This document shows, one piece after another, positions 26,563 to 31,581 of a DNA stretch of 31,581 nt (position 1 is its first letter; every line of letters begins with the position of its first letter). A program made the position numbers and the translations under genes. Below the pieces are notes generated by a model. The model did not search any database. It was not told the DNA's origin and was given only the letters and a program-made list of their open reading frames with translations. The stretch spans positions 1 to 31,581 of the IMG/VR virus record IMGVR_UViG_3300028025_002032; one strand, written 5' to 3'. The stretch comes from a virus (taxonomy: Duplodnaviria; Caudoviricetes).

Positions 26563-27408
26563 TTAAGCTGTTTCACGAGCTGTGATTTTAACAATACCCT
26601 CAGCATCAATAGCAATTGCACCAGCAGAGAATACTGAATTCACTAGGAATGAAGTCTTTTCTGGGATGTAATTGATTTCTGTGCGAGGAGCGATACCTTC
26701 TGCGTAACCGATAGCATCTTTATGGAAAGCAAAGCAAGTACGGTCTAAAGAACCGTCAATTGCCAAACCACCTTCAGAACGGTCACCAAGGATGTGGAAT
26801 GTGAAACCTAAGAATGTGTTGATTTCACCAGCAACCAAAGCCTTAACAGTATTGAAGTCTGAGCTAGTTACAGCTGTTTCAGACAACAATGATGCCAAAC
26901 CTGATGCGTGAAGAATAATGTGACGGCCTTCTGGCGGCACGTTGTTCTTGTCAAGCAAACGCTTTGCATCACGTAGTTTAGCTACGTTCATGTTTGTGTC
27001 AGAGCCACCGATATCGTTAGATACTGTGCCTGTGCCACTAGCAGCTGTCAAAGCATCAAGGATCAACTGGTCTTGTCTACGACCAATTGCGTTACCTAAT
27101 ACTTGTACTAGCTCTGAACGCTCGTCAAAGTTTACTTTAGCTTGGCTGAAGATATCGCTGTATTCAGCAGCGTTCCAGTCAGACAATGTGCAAGTAACGT
27201 TTGAGAAACCAACGTTCAATGGGGTTACGTCAGATTGGCTGATACGTGGAGTAGCTACGCCTTTACCGACTTTTGGGAATTTAACAGTTGAACCTTCAAC
27301 ACCTTTACGCTGACGAACAGCACCTACCAACATAGCCTTGCCCTGGTAAGCCTGTTTTACCTCAGCATCAAAGAGTGTTACAAAGGCGTTTGATAATGAT
27401 ACGCTCAT
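26563..27408 (-). CDS. Major capsid protein
   Basis: FVTLFDAEVKQAYQ, AIGRRQDQLI, ALVAGEINTFLGFTF; position after scaffold; AGGAG RBS. Confidence 0.92.
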   Translation of the reverse strand: MSVSLSNAFVTLFDAEVKQAYQGKAMLVGAVRQRKGVEGSTVKFPKVGKGVATPRISQSDVTPLNVGFSNVTCTLSDWNAAEYSDIFSQAKVNFDERSELVQVLGNAIGRRQDQLILDALTAASGTGTVSNDIGGSDTNMNVAKLRDAKRLLDKNNVPPEGRHIILHASGLASLLSETAVTSSDFNTVKALVAGEINTFLGFTFHILGDRSEGGLAIDGSLDRTCFAFHKDAIGYAEGIAPRTEINYIPEKTSFLVNSVFSAGAIAIDAEGIVKITARETA

Positions 27409-27459
27409 GTGAATCTCCTAAATGGATAGTAAAAAAATAAAATTAAGGGTTTTCGCTTT

Positions 27460-27554
27460 TGGTTAGCCTATTTCTAGGGCCATGTGCTTGCTATTTACGA
27501 TAGCCACTCGCCAACTATGTTGAGTTAAGGGCCAATTGCTTGGTATGCCTTAAC
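27460..27554 (-). ncRNA. Candidate structured 5' leader of capsid mRNA
   Basis: Four hairpins, two with GNRA loops (GCAA, GAAA). Confidence 0.5.
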
Positions 27555-27557
27555 CGT

Positions 27558-27586
27558 TTTCTAGCAGATGTGTTTTAAAAATACAA
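27558..27586 (-). promoter_or_regulatory. Putative capsid promoter TTGTAT-N17-TAGAAA with extended TG
   Basis: 17-bp spacing, AT-rich UP region, follows terminator. Confidence 0.55.
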
Positions 27587-27615
27587 CACTTTTTTAAAAT
27601 ATTTTTAAATAAGCC

Positions 27616-27641
27616 AAAAAAAAACCTCCCCTAAGGGAGGC
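27616..27641 (-). terminator. Intrinsic terminator after scaffold gene
   Basis: CCTCCC-TTAG-GGGAGG stem followed by 9 T on minus strand. Confidence 0.9.
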
Positions 27642-27671
27642 GTAAATCACTTGTGAAGTGAGGAGGTTATC

Positions 27672-28454
27672 TTAATTAAAGGTTTGAGCAAACATCTTCT
27701 CAACCTTAGAACGGTACGCTGGATCATTCTTATACTTAGGATCCGCAACCATTTGGTACAACTCATCCTTAGATGGCTGACCTTCTACTGGCATTGATTG
27801 GGTAGGAATACGAGAACCCTCATAAGACTCACGCAACTTCATCAGAGCTTTAATGCCATTGGCTGTACCGCCCATGTACTTAAACTCCTCAAAGTCATCC
27901 TTACCCCAGATACCCTTGTTTACTAAGCCTCTTGCCCAATCTGTCATGCCTTTAATTACGGCATCAGCGTTAGGGCCTAAGGCTGCTTTCTCTTGCTGGA
28001 TAGAGCGTTGAGCAGTTTCCACCTTCTCTCCACCCATCTTAACTACATCTCCGACTAGCTTATCTAAGGCTGCCTGAGAGATACCATTCTCTTGCGCCCA
28101 TGACATAACATGGCTACGAACTGGGTCATCCTCAGGGGTATCGCCAAAGGCAGAGGCATCGTATTTTCCGTCTGCTGGAGCTTTATGCTTGCCAGTAGAG
28201 ACCATCTTACGCATATCCATCCATGATTTAGCAATGCCCTCTAGGTCAGGCTCTGAGCTATCTTTTTTCCAAAAGTTCTCAGGCCACCAATCAGGTCGGT
28301 CTAACGGTTCATCATCTTCACTTTTTGCAATATGGCTAATCTCAGTTTTATTTGGATCAGCGTTTTGTGTACCTTGGCTGTCCTCTACGCTAATAGAGTC
28401 CAGTAGGCCACCTTCATTACTGCTAGTGGGCTGGGTTGCTTCGGTAGTTTCCAT
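27672..28454 (-). CDS. Capsid assembly scaffolding protein
   Basis: Acidic; RPDWWPENFW, C-terminal DPKY..DPAYR..VE; between portal and capsid. Confidence 0.85.
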   Translation of the reverse strand: METTEATQPTSSNEGGLLDSISVEDSQGTQNADPNKTEISHIAKSEDDEPLDRPDWWPENFWKKDSSEPDLEGIAKSWMDMRKMVSTGKHKAPADGKYDASAFGDTPEDDPVRSHVMSWAQENGISQAALDKLVGDVVKMGGEKVETAQRSIQQEKAALGPNADAVIKGMTDWARGLVNKGIWGKDDFEEFKYMGGTANGIKALMKLRESYEGSRIPTQSMPVEGQPSKDELYQMVADPKYKNDPAYRSKVEKMFAQTFN

Positions 28455-28455
28455 T

Positions 28456-28746
28456 TTACATATTCCTTGCTTTTAAAATCCGTGACTCTAAATCCCTGAT
28501 TACGCTATTCTGACCTTCACGGTAGTAGGCATAACTAGAGTCGCTCCCTGGCACGGCTACAGGTTGCTCTAACAAAGTAGTTCTTAACCACTTCATTAAT
28601 TTCTCTCCATCCTCAGAGGCAAGAACTCTAAGGCAGAGCTTATTCAAATCTTCTACTGCTTGTTCGGCTGACCTTATATCTGTCATTTGCTCTTGTAAGC
28701 CAGCCCATCCCTCACTAATTACTTCATCAAGTTTTTTATTAGCCAT
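28456..28746 (-). CDS. Conserved small protein downstream of portal (Bbp19-like)
   Basis: SEDGEKLMKWL...AYYREGQNSVI motif. Confidence 0.75.
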   Translation of the reverse strand: MANKKLDEVISEGWAGLQEQMTDIRSAEQAVEDLNKLCLRVLASEDGEKLMKWLRTTLLEQPVAVPGSDSSYAYYREGQNSVIRDLESRILKARNM

Positions 28747-28749
28747 TCA

Positions 28750-30318
28750 TCATCCCATTGTTTTAACTACCTCTGATGCAACCTCAGGGTTCTCCTGAGC
28801 CATTTGTTGAGCTTGAGCCATTGCTTGCTCCATATTGAACTGTCGCTCCTCAGGGGAAACCCTTAGTGCTGCTGGGATACCTAGCTTATCACCAATGTAG
28901 TCCACAATCGCACCAAACTTAGGAGTTGCTTGACCCTCAGGTCCCATCTGTGTAGCCATCTGTACGAATTGTGTAATATTCCCTATATCTTCCATGTTTT
29001 GAGCCATAGCCAATGGAGCTACTGGGGATACCTTAACCTCTAATCCGTTTACCTTGAGAGGCATATCAATGATGCCACGGTCATCCATCACCATCAAAGT
29101 TTTGGATACTAGCGGAACCATCGTCTCGTTAATCAAGCGACCAAAGGCAGAGCCTAAGTTCTGAGACAATTCTTTCATACGCTCTACTACCTCAGTAGCG
29201 GAGCGAGCAGACATATTATCAGGAGGCAATGACTCATCTAGCAGAATCTTTTTAATATTCAGCACTAGGTCATTAATGATAATTTGTGAAACGTTGAAAT
29301 CCCCAGCACGAGGTAGTGGTTTCAATGATTCGCCTTGTGGGCCACCATTCCGAGCTACTGGGATAATCGCACCAGGGATAATTTTCACAGTTGCTGGGTT
29401 CAATACACCATCATCCGCAGCTGTGTAAACGCCTGAGATAGCTAGAGAGGCGTTCTTTAATACGAGTTCTTTGACCTTGTTCAAGGTCTTGATGTCTGGC
29501 AATGCAGTAATTACTGGGCCACGACCATAAATCTCACCAGCTACCTTCATGTAGCGAGCCACGATCCACGGACTAAACTTCATTCTGCGATAAACAATCT
29601 CAGACTTAGACTCTTTATGGATTACATGGTAGCAATAGTCACCACGTTTGTAGTCATAGACTGTGGCCTCAATAAACTCTAAATCCTCTGTAGGCTTGTT
29701 ATCAATCTTTTTCTGCAACTCCTCAGGCACTACGGCATCTTTCCATTGTTGCTGGATAGCCTCACCCTTTAAACGCATACGTCTGTACACGTTATCTACC
29801 TGACCATTAGCACCTTCTTCAAAGGTTACAAGGTACTGAGGTACTGGAATGTAGTTAATAGGTACTACGTCATCGCCTGGTTGAACCATCATTACAGCCG
29901 TACCGACTGATAAATCAAGTAAAAACTCACCGATAGCAATGTCAAAGTTAGATTGCTTGATAGTTGCAAACATCTTCTCTGTGTAAACATCTAATGCGGC
30001 ATTGGCTTCAGCCTTGCGATCCTCTGGAATATCAGGGCCTGACTCTAGTCTGCACCACTTACGTTGGGGAGGGAATACGCCTGACTGAATACGGTTAGCA
30101 AAACGCTGAGTAGAGCTGATAGCTGTCGCATCAAAGATACGGTTCATCTTCTTAGCACCACCACGCTTGCCGTCATAGTAGCCGTCATAGAGATTACGTT
30201 GAGGTAGAGCGAACTCATAAGCCTCATCGTATAGGTCTCTGAAATCCTCTTTCTTAGTCAGAGCAATGTCGTGACGTTTGAGAACATCCTCAGGTTTTAA
30301 TCTCATCATTTCAGCCAT
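28750..30318 (-). CDS. Portal (head-tail connector) protein, T7/BPP-1-type
   Basis: IFDATAI, GEIYGRGP...ALPDIKTLN, SATEVVER; likely start at 30318. Confidence 0.95.
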   Translation of the reverse strand: MAEMMRLKPEDVLKRHDIALTKKEDFRDLYDEAYEFALPQRNLYDGYYDGKRGGAKKMNRIFDATAISSTQRFANRIQSGVFPPQRKWCRLESGPDIPEDRKAEANAALDVYTEKMFATIKQSNFDIAIGEFLLDLSVGTAVMMVQPGDDVVPINYIPVPQYLVTFEEGANGQVDNVYRRMRLKGEAIQQQWKDAVVPEELQKKIDNKPTEDLEFIEATVYDYKRGDYCYHVIHKESKSEIVYRRMKFSPWIVARYMKVAGEIYGRGPVITALPDIKTLNKVKELVLKNASLAISGVYTAADDGVLNPATVKIIPGAIIPVARNGGPQGESLKPLPRAGDFNVSQIIINDLVLNIKKILLDESLPPDNMSARSATEVVERMKELSQNLGSAFGRLINETMVPLVSKTLMVMDDRGIIDMPLKVNGLEVKVSPVAPLAMAQNMEDIGNITQFVQMATQMGPEGQATPKFGAIVDYIGDKLGIPAALRVSPEERQFNMEQAMAQAQQMAQENPEVASEVVKTMG

Positions 30319-30319
30319 A

Positions 30320-30589
30320 TCAATCTTTCTTATGTCTATTTGCAAAGTTGCGAGCTGCCTCTTTGCTACCAAAACCCCATGCTTTAAGGGCTAATTTCAA
30401 ACGAGTTGGCTTACCATTTTCATCTACTAATGGCCCAGCCATACCACCAAATCTTGCAGCAAAAGATACACGTCTAGGGTTTGTGCCTTCTTTAACTGGA
30501 GCTTTTAGATTAGATCCTTCAGTACGCTTGAAGTACTTACGACCAGCCTCAGTCAATCCACCCTTAGGGTTTTTATGCTCTTTTTTCAT
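30320..30589 (-). CDS. Small basic conserved phage protein (DUF6321-like)
   Basis: KNPKGGLTEAGR..F....GSNLKAPV....RR.SF.ARF...G.PTR...AL.AW. Confidence 0.8.
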   Translation of the reverse strand: MKKEHKNPKGGLTEAGRKYFKRTEGSNLKAPVKEGTNPRRVSFAARFGGMAGPLVDENGKPTRLKLALKAWGFGSKEAARNFANRHKKD

Positions 30590-31164
30590 TCGTACCAATG
30601 AACCATTAAGTGTGCTGCGTGTGGTTGAGCATTTGCATTGGTCAATCTAAACAAATAAGTTGTCAATGGTTTCAATACAAATTCAAAAGTAGCTAGTTGC
30701 GCTCCACCACCTTGCTTGTTTGCTGGTACAAAGTCCGACAGTATCTCTGTACCAACTGCACTTACTGTTGGATTTAAAACAGCTACGGCAGCACTAGCAG
30801 TTGTCAATATACGATGCCGTCTGTTAATTGTTAATGAAGTACCGCCACTTGTAGTTGGAGACTCATATACATAAAACTCAGATTCTCCAGCACAACCATA
30901 GCTAAACTGTGCGTGAGGTGCATATCCAGCTGGCCAAGCAATCGCTATATCAATACTTGCGCCAGCTGCAAGACCAGCGGCATATGGAAATAGCTTATAT
31001 ACGTAATATGCTCTGCCTTCGTGCATCCTTAAATGGTTTACATCAATAGTAGGAAATGGCTTATCAGAACTCGTTAAGTAGTGAACCCCATCCTTATCTA
31101 CATAAGCTGGGGATACGTGCTGACTCTTTGTATCTAGCGACTCACGTTTGACTTCAATAGCCAT
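30586..31164 (-). CDS. Hypothetical beta-rich protein, possibly structural
   Basis: 192 aa, coupled to neighbours by overlaps. Confidence 0.75.
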   Translation of the reverse strand: MAIEVKRESLDTKSQHVSPAYVDKDGVHYLTSSDKPFPTIDVNHLRMHEGRAYYVYKLFPYAAGLAAGASIDIAIAWPAGYAPHAQFSYGCAGESEFYVYESPTTSGGTSLTINRRHRILTTASAAVAVLNPTVSAVGTEILSDFVPANKQGGGAQLATFEFVLKPLTTYLFRLTNANAQPHAAHLMVHWYE

Positions 31165-31340
31165 TAGCTGTCATCTTCCTCATCTAAATCCATAGCTTTC
31201 TCAAGATCCATCTCGTTTGCTTTTGAGCGACCTTTTTGCTTGGCTAACATTAGAGCTACTTTCTTATGGAAAGCAGTAGGCTTACGAGACATATCTTCTT
31301 CGTCATGCTCGCCTTTTTCAATTGAAATCTCAATCTTCAT
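31164..31340 (-). CDS. Small charged protein, 58 aa
   Basis: Hand-translated MKIEISIEKGEHDEEDMSRKP...DLDEEDDS; TAATG overlaps on both sides. Confidence 0.7.
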   Translation of the reverse strand: MKIEISIEKGEHDEEDMSRKPTAFHKKVALMLAKQKGRSKANEMDLEKAMDLDEEDDS

Positions 31341-31495
31341 TATTTAGCCTTAGGTTTCATTGCAGTTTTAGCTGCTTTCTTAAACGCATCAGCCGTTGGC
31401 GCACCTTCAGCACCAGGCTTACGCATCTTTTCACCAGAGCCTTCGCTAATACGTTCACGCTTTTTATGGATATTGGCATAAAGTCCAGCTTTCAT
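31340..31495 (-). CDS. Small basic protein, 51 aa
   Basis: Hand-translated MKAGLYANIHKKRERISEGSGEKMRKPGAEGAPTADAFKKAAKTAMKPKAK; AAGGAG RBS. Confidence 0.8.
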   Translation of the reverse strand: MKAGLYANIHKKRERISEGSGEKMRKPGAEGAPTADAFKKAAKTAMKPKAK

Positions 31496-31581
31496 TTTTT
31501 CTCCTTTTGCTTGTAACCAGCCTCAGACATAGCAATCGCTACGGCTTGTTTTTGAGACTTGACTACTGGGCCACCTTTGCC
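31492..31581 (-). CDS. 3' part of small basic protein (DUF6496-like)
   Basis: GKGGPVVKSQKQAVAIAMSEAGY; runs off window edge. Confidence 0.75.
   Translation of the reverse strand, partial: GKGGPVVKSQKQAVAIAMSEAGYKQKEKK

Larger units (their letters stand above)
1..31581. mobile_element. Tailed dsDNA phage (Caudoviricetes, podovirus-type), partial genome
   Basis: Portal-scaffold-capsid-tail tube A/B-internal proteins-fibre-lysis order; tightly coupled ORFs (ATGA/TAATG overlaps); no host housekeeping genes. Confidence 0.97.

Noticed and set aside
26551-26580. Programmed frameshift/readthrough extending the capsid
   Set aside because: Capsid ends in tandem stops TAATAG, no slippery heptamer, and the next gene has its own RBS

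Overview
Most of a compact, gene-dense dsDNA tailed-phage genome (podovirus-type virion; probably a Gram-negative, possibly betaproteobacterial host, by inference). Left arm (1-3885, minus strand): HTH replication-type protein, NrdR-like zinc ribbon, C5 cytosine methyltransferase with a nested out-of-frame gene, RusA-like resolvase, RHH and HTH regulators. A divergent control region (3886-4133) with palindromes and a structured leader separates this from a plus-strand operon (4134-8148) with a serine recombinase, small membrane/secreted proteins, YqaJ exonuclease and ERF annealase. The rest (8145-31581, minus strand) is the late region: small basic proteins, portal, scaffold, major capsid, tail adaptor/nozzle, internal (ejection) proteins including an ADP-ribosyltransferase-like one, tail fibre, lectin-like receptor-binding protein, a cassette of uncharacterised exported proteins (one NIDO-like with Cys repeats), holin-like protein, GH24 endolysin, HExxH protein and metallophosphoesterase. 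No terminase, DNA/RNA polymerase, tRNA, CRISPR array or DGR was seen in the window. All family calls are from motif recognition by eye; no database search was run.
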